Source: Octopus bimaculoides
Lineage: Eukaryota
Assembly (NCBI RefSeq): GCF_001194135.2
Contig: NC_068985.1
Span: forward strand, 23,217,994 to 23,281,993
Length of the DNA: 64,000 nt
Direction: 5' to 3'
Under the pieces are notes generated by a model, which was not told the DNA's origin, did not search any database, and worked only from the letters and a program-made list of their open reading frames with translations. How positions within the stretch are numbered: the stretch's first letter is position 1; every line of letters starts with the position of its first letter. Position numbers and translations under genes: made by a program. Positions 23,272 through 35,100 of the stretch are shown here, in pieces.

Positions 23272-24546
23272 TCAGGTTATCCCATAAGTTCTGTTCGATT
23301 TCACCTTTTTTAAAATTGAATGAAATTTAATAGTATTTTAGAATGTCTAATGGAATTAAAAATTATTTTTATGCATTTGTGTACATTTAAACTAAATATT
23401 ATTTTACAGAATAATAGAATTAAAATTTCTTTGATTAAAACTCTTTCTAACATGGGAGTATCCAAAGAGCATTTGGCACATAGTGCTTTATGAGTACAAA
23501 AAAGGAAACTCTGCAGCCAAAATGACTTGAAACATACATTCAGTTTATGGGAAAGAATGCTTGAATGAAAAAACTTGCAGAAGATGGTTTGCAAAATTCA
23601 GAAGTGGAGATTTCAGCCTTGAAGATCAAACAGGACATCCAGTTGAGTTTGATAAGCTCCTTGAGGCATTACTTCAAAAAAATCCTGCATTATCAGTTGA
23701 AGAATTGGCAATAAAGCTTAGTTCAAACTATACAACTGTTCATCGTCATCTTCAACAACTTGGAAAGGTTCCTAAGCTTGGAAAATGGGTGCCTCATAAA
23801 TTGTCCAAAAGCAACTGCAGATCCCGAGTTGACATCTGCTCTTCTCTCCATTCTCACAAACTCATTTCACCCTTTTGGGATAGACTTGTGACTGGTGACA
23901 AAAAGTGGATCTTCTGTCGAAATGCTAAACGTCATAAACAGTGGCTTGGTAAAAGGGAAAAGGCTCAACCACAACCGAGAAGGGAACTTCATGGGAAAAA
24001 GATTCTTCTCTCTATCTGGTGGGATTGCAAAGGAGTAATTCACTTTTAATTGTTACCACCTAATGTAACAATCAATGCTCAAGTCTACTGTCAGCAATTA
24101 GAGCATTTGAGCCAAGCTTTGAACAAAAAAAGACCCACTTTAGTGAATTGAAAAGGAGTGATGTTTCATTAGGACAATGCGTGACCCCACACTGCAAAGA
24201 TCACATCACAGAAGATCGAAGAGTTTGGTTGGGAAAAAATTCCTCATCCACCTTATTCTCCCGACCTTGCTCCTTCAAACTACCACTTATTCCGTAGTTT
24301 ACAAAATCATTTGGGGGACTTAACTTTCGCAAGCCAGGAGGAAGTCGAAACTGACATTTCAGAGTTCTTCACTTTGAAACCAAAAGAGATTTACATTGAT
24401 GGGATGATTAAAAATCTTGTAAATAATGGAAGGAAGTCATAGATAATCAGAGAAAGTACATTGATGATTAAATTTTAATTAAATATAACATTTGATCACT
24501 TGTTTTCTTTGTTCAAAATTCAGACAGAACTTATGGGATGACCTGA
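23272..24546 (+). mobile_element. Full-length decayed mariner (DD34D), 1275 bp
   Basis: TA-flanked TIRs TCAGGTTATCCCATAAGTTCTGT / ACAGAACTTATGGGATGACCTGA; WVPHKL, VTGDKKW, DNA*PH and HPPYSPDLAPS. Confidence 0.95.
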
Positions 24547-26308
24547 TATAAAAATTATACAGAAGGAACTCTAGTAGACTGACAGGTGATTGGAACTTTA
24601 TATGGGCACTATGGGATAAAGTAGCTAACAGAATGAATCAGCTATGATTTAAAAGCTCATAGACTGCTTAGATTTTGTCTTAAGTTTTATTATATGAGTG
24701 ATTTAATTAATGCTGAAATTTGAGCTTGTAGTTACATACAGACTATGGTGAAGAACACTGAAAGAGGCTTGAAGAATTACTCTTTCTATTGAAGGCAGAG
24801 GGGTTTCCTGCTTTACAAAAAAAAACAAACAGAATGGTTAGAATTATGATTCTGTTTGTTTTGATTCAATGAAACGGATGGGAATATGTTGATGATAGTC
24901 AAGCACAGTATTAACTTTCAAGGTTTAAGGTTTGGTATAGGTTAGTTACGAAGGAAACTAAATGCATGAGCAAATTCATTCAAGAGATTGTTTTATTGAT
25001 ATGGGCATGTAATGTGAAGAGATGTTTCATGATGGAGGTGTAATGACAGCAAACTAAAGGTTGGCTAAAAAGTAATTAGACAGGGCTTTAGCAAAATTTT
25101 CTCAAATGAAATGATGAATGGACTGAAACGTAGGGAGATGATGTATTGCAAGATTATTGAACATGGAAACAGCAGATATTAAAATAATGTTTGATAATAC
25201 TATTGTGATCGTCATCACTATTACATGACATGCTAGTGCACCACCTTTGTATAAAAACATGACAATTTATATGAAAAAAAACTTTCTGATTTTGAATTTT
25301 TAAATTTCAAATTTTACAAAGTCAAACTATTTAATTTATATTAAAGGTTCATATAGGAAACTGCTTAAACCATTCTTTCAGAACTTTCCACTTACCTCTT
25401 AGTCTCTTTTCTCAAATTGGGTACAGACATGGCTTTTGCCATGAGGGCTAAAACATGACACTCAGACACTGCCCAACAGCTTACTTTACCCTCTTCTAGT
25501 CAATTGGTTCCAAGAAATTACAATCATTTGTTCATATTTTATAAAGAACGGATGATGTATTCAGAATAATTTTCATTAGTAATTTATTAGTAACCAAGGG
25601 AGACTACGCAATAATATTACTGCATTGAATGAAATGGTATAACAGACAAATCTATTTGGTAGATTTGATTTTTTTAGCTAATTTTCAACAGTCAAGGGCA
25701 ATAACTTGCAATTATAGTTGGCTCTACTAAGGCATTATTTGTGTAACATGGTCTTTTTCTACATAGTGAACAGATTATTGATTGAAAGGGACTATTTTAG
25801 GCAGTTATTTCTGCAGAGAAGCAAGTCGTTCTGCATTTGGTAAAAGTTAGTTCTTAAAGCTGTTTCCCAAATATTGTGGGGTTCGTTTCTTGCAATTTTA
25901 TCTAATTGATTTGTCATGGGCATGTTCATGTGACTCCCTATTCTCTGTTGTGGGTTTCTACTTGTTTCTGTTTTGAACAAATTGTTTCAATGATGAAATA
26001 TTTATTCCACATCAGATTATGTTGTATTTCATCCATAACTAAATAATACAAATTTTATCTCGGATTTATCCATTTTCTACTAAACATTCACACAATGTAA
26101 GGAAGTCACTTATTTTCTGTTGTTTATTTTGTGATACCAAAAAGTATGCAACAAGTTGGAAATTTAAGATTCAGAAGTAATTAATACAAAGAAATGCATT
26201 GAAGAATTTCCTCTGTTGATTGTGAAAAATTGCTATTGTAAATAATTCTTATGATGTTTATACCCATTTCTTTATTAAAAGTATTCATTTTTTTTACTTT
26301 CTTTGTAG

Positions 26309-26357
26309 CACTTATTAGATTTTTACACTTTTCAAATGAAAGAAACTCAACAAAATC
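26309..26357 (+). CDS. RRP7A: RRP7A exon 7
   Basis: TTTCTTTGTAG acceptor and C|GTAAGT donor; HLLDFYTFQMKE matches ELLNFYAWQHRE. Confidence 0.95.
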
Positions 26358-26574
26358 GTAAGTCTTTTAATTTATTCTTTGTCAGTAGCATCTTTTATCA
26401 TCATTGACTCATGCATAAATTCTTTTTTCTTTTTTTGGACTGGACCATTATATTCTTCTGTTTTGTAGCTTTCATTTTTTTAACATTGTTTTCCAAAGAA
26501 TTTTATTGAGCCGGCAGAATGTTGACAAGGCATCAAAGATGATGATAAGGTGTGTCTTCTTATCTGACAAAGAT

Positions 26575-26788
26575 GTTTGGCTTTAAACTGGTCATATCCA
26601 GTCCAGATATTCGCCTGTTTTATATTCAAACTGACCAGATTTGGTTTTTTTCCCTTCTACCCTATGATGTCATTCTAAAAATAAACTATCACATTGTCGA
26701 GCTATGTGATAATGCATGATTAAAGTCAAAACAATGTTAGTAAATAAGCATTACATTTCATAGAGTAATTAGAATGCTGATGGGTTAA
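26575..26788. mobile_element. piggyBac-like MITE (same family as 42137)
   Basis: Shares TTCAAACTGA..AGAT, ATGTCATTCTAAAA and GAGTAAT..GAATGCT..GGG|TTAA with the 42137 copy. Confidence 0.55.
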
Positions 26789-27000
26789 ATAGTGTAATCA
26801 GCTACATGTAAATAGACACATGTAAAGAAATACTTTTCTCCAAACAGCAAGAACAGTATATACTTGACGTGCTTCATTAATTTGCAGTTCTGAACCCATT
26901 ACTTTTCACGGGCAAAAACCTCTTCACTAAGTTCAGATGGGAGATAATGCATAGATTTTTAAAAAGTTAGTGGCTTTACCATCAATATCCAGTTATAATG

Positions 27001-27371
27001 TTGTTGTTGGCACTCCATCACTTATGATGACGAGGGTTCCAGTTGATCCGATCAATGGAACAGCCTGCTCGTGAAATTAACGCGCAAGTGGCTGAGCACT
27101 CCACAGACACATGTACCCTTAATGTAGTTCTCGGGGATATTCAACGTGACACAGTGTGACAAGGCTGACCTTTTGAATTACAGGTACAACAGAAACAGGA
27201 AGTAAGAGTGAGAGAAAGTTGTGGTGGAAGAGTACAGCAGGGTTCGCCACCATCCCCTGCCAGAGCCTCGCAGAGCTTTAGGTGTTTTCGCTCAATAAAC
27301 ACACACAACGCCCGGTCTGGGAATCTAAACCGCGAGTCCGCTGCCCTAACCACTGGGCCATTGCGCCTCCA
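27001..27371 (-). mobile_element. Family C SINE, full length and young
   Basis: Reverse complement is near-identical to 9095-9463. Confidence 0.85.
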
Positions 27372-27741
27372 CTCCAATTATAATGAAGCTGGGAAAAGAA
27401 ACAAATTCATTATGAAAGTCAAAACAGATCACTTATGATCTTTCTGCCATAAAGAAATATGACATTTTTCCACCCTAATTAAAGTGCTCCTGGTCCATCA
27501 TATCACATATACATTATTTTCCCTAGTCTTGGTTAAATGTATCCATCTTCTCAATCAGCAATCTTCAGACCCTGTTATTTGCCAACCTGTTGCCACATGC
27601 CACATTTCCAACATCTCAAAGGTGATAGTGAGTCATAAATGATTGCTTCTATTATCAACAGTTTTGATTTGAGAACCAGATCTACTAGAAATCTGCTTTT
27701 TTTTTTTCTTTTTTCTTTTTTTGTCAAGCCTTATTAATTCA

Positions 27742-27950
27742 TTCATCATCATCATCATCATTTAACGTCCGCTTTCCATGCTAGCATGGGTTGGACGATT
27801 TGACTGGGGACTGGCGAACCAGATGGCTACACCGGACTCCATTCTGATTTGGCAGAGTTTCTACAGCTGGATGCCCTTCCTAATGCCAACCACTCCGAGA
27901 GTGTAGTGGGTGCTTTTACATGCCACCGGCACGAGGGCCAGTCTGGCGGT
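27742..27950 (-). mobile_element. RTE LINE 3' tail
   Basis: Same family tail with a (CAT)n end. Confidence 0.85.
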
Positions 27951-28439
27951 ATTTAGCTAAAGCAATGTTGTCATCCTTGATATCTATAAATTGTTCCACC
28001 AGACATAGCACACCTACCTGACTAAGTTGTTTGCTTATTACACTCCAGTCTTTGGGGCTGAAATTTCCTCATAATGTTCTGTTGTTGCATACATTTATAA
28101 AGCTATCTGCAGTCTCTGTTTTATCAACTCTGTTATGTCTCAGCATAGTTGTGTTTCTTACATACATCTATTAGCAGCAAAATGCATCTAGTAAAACAGT
28201 CCTGTAACACTACACCCTCCTTTCTCATAAACAACAATATTAAAATCTTCACTGTAAATGCTTCATTTATGATATCTTCTTTTTCATAACAACCCTATAT
28301 CTATAACATTGCTAAAGCTGCTTTCTCAAAATTAAACTTTCTCTTCAGAGTCAGAAATTATTTGGTTGCTGACCTTCTACAGGTATCAAGTGCAACTCAC
28401 AGTGTACTGCTCACATACCTAGACTGGCACTACTTATGT

Positions 28440-28832
28440 CTCTTTTACTTGTTTCAGTCATTTGACTGCGGCCATGCTGGAGCACCGCCTTTTAGTCGAG
28501 CAAATCGACCCCAGGACTCATTCTTTGGAAGCCTAGTACTTATTCTATCGGTCTCTTTTGCCGAACTGCTAAGTTACGGGGACGTAAACACACTAGCATC
28601 GGTTGTCAAACGATGGTGGGGGGACAAACACAGACACACAAGCACACATACATATATATATACATATACATATATATGACAGGCTTCTTTCAGTTTCCGT
28701 CTACCAAATTCACTCACAAGGCTTTGGTCAGCCTGAGGCTATAGTAGAAGACACTTGCCCAAGGTGCCTCGCAGTGGGACTGAACCCAGAACCATGTGGT
28801 TGGTAAGCAAGCTACTTACCACACAGCCACTC
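28440..28832 (-). mobile_element. Family B SINE, full length and young
   Basis: Near-identical to 62915-63318. Confidence 0.85.
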
Positions 28833-29202
28833 AAATAGCCTAAACTACAGTTTCAAAAGAAATTGTCCATCTGATTGACAAAGATTCAGTCAGTGATATA
28901 ATATATCAACATACTCTTTCTTATCTGTCTTTTCTACCACATACTCTTCTGAACAAGTAAGCTACATATCTCTCTACAAGCCCACCTAATGTGTCTAGTT
29001 GTCTTTTGTGTCTCACCCATCAAACATTGCACAAGACATTTCACTCAAGCCTTACTATGAACTTTGAGCCTCAACTCTGGATCTGTGCATTTTTTTTCTA
29101 ATAAGCATCCTGAACATTAAACTGTGTTTTATATTTTATGTGTTAATGTTTAATTAATAAATGTGTTAAATTTTAAAATGATTATTTCCTTCAACATTCT
29201 AG

Positions 29203-29288
29203 GAATACAGGAATTGCGGAAAAAATTTGAAGAAGACAAACAGAAGATAGCTTTAATGAAAGCAGCCCGGAAATTCAAACCCTTCTAG
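29203..29288 (+). CDS. RRP7A: RRP7A exon 8 (terminal)
   Basis: CAACATTCTAG acceptor; (R)IQELRKKFEEDKQKIALMKAARKFKPF* matches LAQLRKKFEEDKQRIELLRAQRKFRPY*. Confidence 0.97.
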
Positions 29289-29294
29289 AATAAA
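29289..29294 (+). promoter_or_regulatory. AATAAA polyadenylation signal candidate abutting the RRP7A stop codon
   Basis: TAG at 29286-88 is followed directly by AATAAA. Confidence 0.5.
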
Positions 29295-29987
29295 TTATTA
29301 TATTTTTATAAAAATGTATATTCTTTTATTCATTTATTAATTACAGTCACTAGATTGTGACTATAATGGGGTCCCACCTTTGGGGATTGTAGTCAGTTAT
29401 ATAATCCCCAGAACTTTGTCCTGTATTTATTGTTGTTGATCTTTATGCATCAAATGGCTAAGTTCCTTCTCAGCAAAAATACATAACTGACACTGGATAA
29501 ATACCACTAGAAATTTTTTTTTTCATACACAGATTTATTGGCAGTGCCTTGATATACTCATTATACATACATATATATATATAACTTTTATAAGTAATAT
29601 TCTAAAAGAATATATAATTGAACTTATGTTGCGTGCTCAATTATCTTGAGCAAATAATAAGTTGATCTTTAGATCACTTTGCGAGTGTAGTAATATCCGT
29701 GAAACGATCGTAAGATATTTTATTCTTTTAACTTTAGGTTTCTTTATATTTTATATTTTAGAATTTATAATATTCATGCTTATTTACACATAAATTTTTA
29801 TACGCATATATATTTAAACATATATTTATCTATTTTTAGATTTTTATATGTATCGATATTTATATTCCGTATTTTTATGTTTTAAACTTTTAAATTTATT
29901 ATGCTACCATGTTATGTTGGATGTATATCTTTTGAAATACTAAATATTGGTTTCCTAAATATATTATTGACGAATTAATAATATAAA

Positions 29988-30029
<42 letters not shown>

Positions 30030-30031
<2 letters not shown>

Positions 30032-30300
30032 AGCTCCTGTACTATGAATATGTGATTAAAATGTCACAGGAAAAAATTGCAAGACAGGTTTTTCAAGCCA
30101 CGCCAATCAGCAAGGAACCTATGGGTAGACAAAGAACAAGGTGGCTGATAATATCCATAGCCTTAGTTGATGGCACTTGAGAATACAACCACAATGTGTA
30201 ATGACGATTACTCCTGATAGGACTCTGTGGAAGAGATACCTGAGAACTCTACCTCTATGACCCTCCTGGGAATAGGCAGAGAAAATGGATGGACTGATTT
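30030..30300 (+). mobile_element. 3' end of a second RTE family (Expander/Rex3-like)
   Basis: KMSQEKIARQVF...MGRQRTRW...DRTLWKRYL, ending ATGGATGG. Confidence 0.55.
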
Positions 30301-31091
30301 CTTAGAGACATAACAGCTCAAATTTATATAGGTCATAGGAATGAAAAAATAGAAATAATAATCATAGAAAGATGTGTCTAAACCACAGATATTGAGTGTT
30401 GAGTTTCTAACATACAAACTAACAACCTCTTGTAAGACTTAGCAGCTTTGGCACATCATTAAAGAGAGACTTTTTTATTTGGGATATGGTAGTGTTTTGA
30501 AGTAGTCAACAAAAGTATTTTATAGACATTTATGTAGCCTAACATTTTTTTCCCTTATGTACATAATATGGAGAAGGAAAATGCTGAGACACAATTTGTT
30601 GTTGCTGCTCATCTTTATTAATGTAAACTTTTGGCACTAAGGTTTACAACAAACCATCAGTCCAACATTCTAGATTCATTGATATATCTGACATATTGAT
30701 TTGATTCCATCACTATTGTTTGAGAAACATTCTAACCAAAGCTGTCTTATCAAAATTGTTGGTATACTATTCAAAAAGAGGATATATAACAAATTTGTTT
30801 ACAACACTGAATTGGTTGTGCAAAAAATGGTTTTTTTGTACATCCTTCTTAGAATAAACCTAAAAGGTTATTAAACTATAGATATATTTAAATTGTGGTA
30901 AGCATTTGGAAAGGAATGTAAGTATCATTAGATTTTTTTTCAATGTTCTTCCTCTTTCCATGTGTCTTGATGCAATTGCATTTTATCTGTTTTCCTCTAT
31001 TGACAGTTTTGCACACTAAATCCTGACGCTTTTTACTCAGTGCAGTTGTCTCTCTTGAGTGCAGATATCTGATGCTTAACATATGCTAGAC

Positions 31092-31349
31092 CAGGGGTTT
31101 TCAAACTGTGGTCCGCGGACCACAGGGGGTCTGTGGACAGCAAATACTTTTTATGGGCAATTTGATTTTATATGTTTTTTAATTAACAATAAACCCATTT
31201 TGTTAAATACTGTTAAATAAATAAATGTAAAAATATGTTATTTTAAGCAAATATTTATGTATAAATTTCATAATCGTTTATAAGGAGCTCCCTAAGGTAA
31301 AGCCTGAAATATAAAGGGGTCCGCAAGTCAAAAAGTTTGAAAACCCCTG
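31092..31349. mobile_element. hAT (Charlie-type) MITE, 258 bp
   Basis: Perfect 16-bp TIRs CAGGGGTTTTCAAACT / AGTTTGAAAACCCCTG and a perfect 8-bp TSD TGCTAGAC (31084-91, 31350-57). Confidence 0.93.
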
Positions 31350-31487
31350 TGCTAGACAGAGGACAGAGTTGTCAGCAGCAAGAATATGTATATTTCTGTC
31401 TATCAAAATTCTGATACTTTAATTATCTTTATTCTTTTAACCTCTCAAAAACCTTATTTTGTCTACTTCAGTGTAAGAAACATCAGT

Positions 31488-31870
31488 AGCTTTCATCTTA
31501 TAAGGGTTATCATTGGACTGCTGCCATGCTGGGGCACTGCCTTGAAAGGTTTAGATGAACAAATCGCTCCCGTATATTTTGTTTTGTTTTTTTTTTAAGT
31601 CTGGTACTTATTCTATCAGTCTCTTTTTACTGAAATGCTACAGGGATTTAAACAAACCAACACCAGTTGTCAAGCAGTGGTGGGAGACAAACACAGAACC
31701 CACTTGCACACAAACACACATGATGGGATTTCAATTTCTGTGTACCAGATCCACTCACAAGGCTTTGATCAACCCTGGGCTATATACACTTGTCCAAGGT
31801 TCCACACAGTGGGACTGAACCCAGTACCATGTGATTGGGAGGCAAACTTCTCACTACACAGCCATGCCTA
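31488..31870 (-). mobile_element. Family B SINE
   Basis: Matches the 28440 copy with more divergence. Confidence 0.78.
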
Positions 31871-32522
31871 TGCCTTATAATAAAAGTTGATTTTTTTTTC
31901 AAAAATTTGCACTAAAACCTTTTGTTTCAAATCCAATTTTTTTACTACTTATGTTTCTCTGTCTTTCCTTCATTATAGCAGAGAATTCTTTCATTGATAG
32001 ATATGACACCAGTTTCTTAAGTGTCTCTATATTGAAGGGTATTTTGTTCCTCTGGAGCTAACTTCTTTTTTATTTTTTTTTTTTCATTAATTTGTCTCAC
32101 TTTCTGATAGTTAGAAATTTGGTTTGACTCTCAATTCCACCTACCTAGTGAGTAAACATTTACATGAGTAGTTTCTCTTGCATACCATCCACACTTTACA
32201 TCACCTGTGATATCTCTACCTTCCTGCTAACTAATATTCACCATTGGCTAATGCCTCCACCTATGTTCACCATTCACTGCATTCATCGCTGTCTCCATGT
32301 CTGTCCATCTTCCTTTCATCTCTCCTTTCACACTCTCACAAAATTACCTATCCATTCAACTCTGGACCACTTATATCTGCTTTCCTATAACTTAAGGGTA
32401 TGCCCTTCACCTCTTCACTAGTATCTCTCTTTTCCAACTGGTGTAAACACCAAATATATAGTGCGTGTGTTTTTATTGGCTAAACTGGCAACATGACCAT
32501 CCCCAAATACAAAAATAATTTC

Positions 32523-33286
32523 CCATCATTGGTAAATATGAGAGACAACTTTGGATGTGTTTCATCTTTCATTGAAAGTTTGTCAACTGAAGTGAAATTG
32601 GTAGGTAAGACATCTGTTTCTGTCCCACTATCATCCTTTAACCTCTTGTCACCTGGCATAAAGCCACCCACATCAATACTAAACTCTCTCACTTGAAGGA
32701 TTTTGTCTTACAAAATACTTGGTGGCTTCACTAGTGCTGGTGCTACATAAAAAGCACTCACAACACTGTGAAATGATGATAGGAAGGGCATCTATCCATC
32801 CATAGAATCCATGCCAAAACAAAGTTTGGCACATCTTCTGGCTTGTTGGCTCTCAGATCATCCTGTCCATGCCAGCATAGAAAGCAGACATTAAACAATG
32901 ATGATGATGTACCTTTTTTACTCATTGAGTAACACAAGAGATAGCTCTGATGATGTATCACTTGTTGTTGTAGGCTCAGTAAAAATGAAACTATGTCATG
33001 ACTAATATTGTTTTCTTTTCATCACATATCTGAATATACATTGGCTTTTTGATCCTTAATAATGATGCTTTCTTCTGTTTAGCTATATAATTATGTAATA
33101 GATGGTATCGTCATGAAATTTTGTGCCTTTATTTTCTTACTTAATACCAGTGAATGTACAATTTAGAATGTTTACTAAGCAGTTCACTCTCTAATATGAC
33201 AAGCCTACCAATTTCACTTCAGTTGACAAACTTTCAATGAAAGATGAAACACATCCAAAGTTGTCTCTAATATTTACCAATGATGG
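32523..33286. repeat. 83-bp inverted repeat (arms 32523-32605 and 33204-33286, one mismatch)
   Basis: Direct comparison of the arms gives 82/83 identity. Confidence 0.93.
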
Positions 33287-33689
33287 CCATAATATTACCT
33301 TACTTGGAAACAGTTTAGGGTTAGCAATAGGAAGGAACATCTGGTAATAGAAATTTGCCTCCTGCACACAAGCATCATGGAAAAATGAATATTAAAAAAT
33401 GATGATAATGAATATATATATCCACAAGCAAACAAATTCCAATCCTTGTTGCAGTTTGGTGGTTTGTGTGCTTCAGTGACCTTGAAAGCTAAGCTGGCAG
33501 AACACAATCTCCTGGTAGGGCTCCCATGCTGTTTCCAAGTAAGGTAATATGGCCAGATTTGTTTTCACAGAAGATTGGAAGCAAAGGACACTGCTTGTAT
33601 GATGATGGCACTCATTTACAACTGTCAAAGCAAAAAGACAATTAGACACACACGCACACATATACATCTGCATTTTGGGGCTCCTTGAT

Positions 33690-33990
33690 ATCACTTGCTG
33701 TTGACAAGCCCACTGTAGAGGATGGTCCTTGGGAATCTTGAAGGGGCCAGTTGGATGACACATCCTGACCACAAGAGATGATGTTTGAGGATGGCAGCTT
33801 CAATGCTTGGTATTTCTGAATGATTGAGGACTTCGTTGTTGGTGCATTGGTCCTGCCATTTCATGTTGAGGATCTGTGAAAGCATGGCTTATTGGAAACT
33901 CTCAAGCTTTTACAGGTCTTTTTGATACAGGGTCTTCCTTCTTCCTAGCTGGAAATCAGCCCTAACACCTGGGGAACAGATACTGCTGAT
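33690..33990 (-). mobile_element. RTE (BovB-like) RT C-terminal fragment
   Basis: LSQILNMKWQDQCTNNEVL...SIEAAILKHHLLWSG...RFPRTILYSGL. Confidence 0.65.
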
Positions 33991-34242
33991 CATCCATCCT
34001 GGTGAAGAGCAATTCATTCCAGTTATTCCATTTCAAGAAGAGGAGAAAGACTGAAAAAGTAAAAGGAAGTTAATTCCAGCCAAGACCACCACCTGCCCTG
34101 TGATTCGAACAATGTTCTAGACTGTTCTATTCCTGACTTGGCCTTCTATGTCAGGTTTAAGCATCATGGAGCCATGAGATGAACCAAATTTGGATGCAAG
34201 TGTGCCGATGACAACACATATATATATATATATATATATATT

Positions 34243-34500
34243 TAGGACTGGTTTGCCAGTCCTCAGTGAAACCATCCAACCCATGCCAGCATGGAAAGCA
34301 GACATTAAACGACGATGATGATGATATATATATATATTCACAAAGAGGCTTCTTTCAGTTTCTGTCTACCAAATCCACTTGCAAGCTTTCTGCTGACTTG
34401 AGCTAAACAAGATGCTTGCCATGGAGCTATAAAGTGAAACTGAACATGGAACCATATGGTTGTGAAGCAAACATCTTAACCATACGCCCATGCCTACACC
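34243..34500. mobile_element. Short RTE tail (+) joined through (TA)n to a family B SINE head (-)
   Basis: CCAACCCATGCCAGCATGGAAAGCAGACATTAAACGACGATG, then TATATA, then GGCTTCTTTCAGTTTC. Confidence 0.7.
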
Positions 34501-34744
34501 TATTCAGCTGGTGTTAGAATGAAATCAATTGTATAAAAATATGACTACATTTGTTAATGGTTATATGATGATAGAAATCAAATTATTAACATTAGATAGC
34601 ATCAATATTGATTAAAATATTTTGTAGAAACCTATCTACTAGCTAACTGAGTTCACTTTGGTATGATATTGATGAAAACTAGGTTGAAATAGGAGTGTAA
34701 GTCTGGAAGATCATGGCCTGGATGTGAATGAGAATGCAACCTTT

Positions 34745-35100
34745 TTTTTCTCTTGTTTCAGTCAGACTTCAGCCTTGCTGGAGCATTGTCTCGAAGAAAT
34801 TTTAGTTGAATGAATTGACTTCACTACTTAAGTCTGGTATCCTGTCGGCCTCTTTTGCCAAACTTCTAAGTTATGGGAACATAAACACACCAACACTGGT
34901 TTTCAAGTAGTGGTGGGGGGGGACACACACACATATACACACAATTGGCCTCTTCCAGAGTCTGTCTACAGAATCCACTCACACGGCTTTGTTCAGCCCT
35001 AAGCTGTAGTAGAAGACACTTGCTGAAGGTGCCATGCAATGGGACTGAACCTAGAATCATGTGGTTAGAAAGCAAGCTTTTTACCACACAGCCATGCTCA
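34745..35100 (-). mobile_element. Family B SINE
   Basis: CTTGTTTCAGTCA tail through TTACCACACAGCCATGC head. Confidence 0.75.

Noticed and set aside
23561-24049. 162-aa transposase ORF as a domesticated SETMAR-like gene
   Set aside because: Frameshift at the start, several downstream stops, intact TIRs and no SET domain; it is a dead TE
9594-25126. Intronic box C/D snoRNAs (ATGATGA at 9594 and 25111)
   Set aside because: No suitably spaced CTGA box D or terminal stem; snoscan/Infernal would be needed to exclude snoRNAs fully
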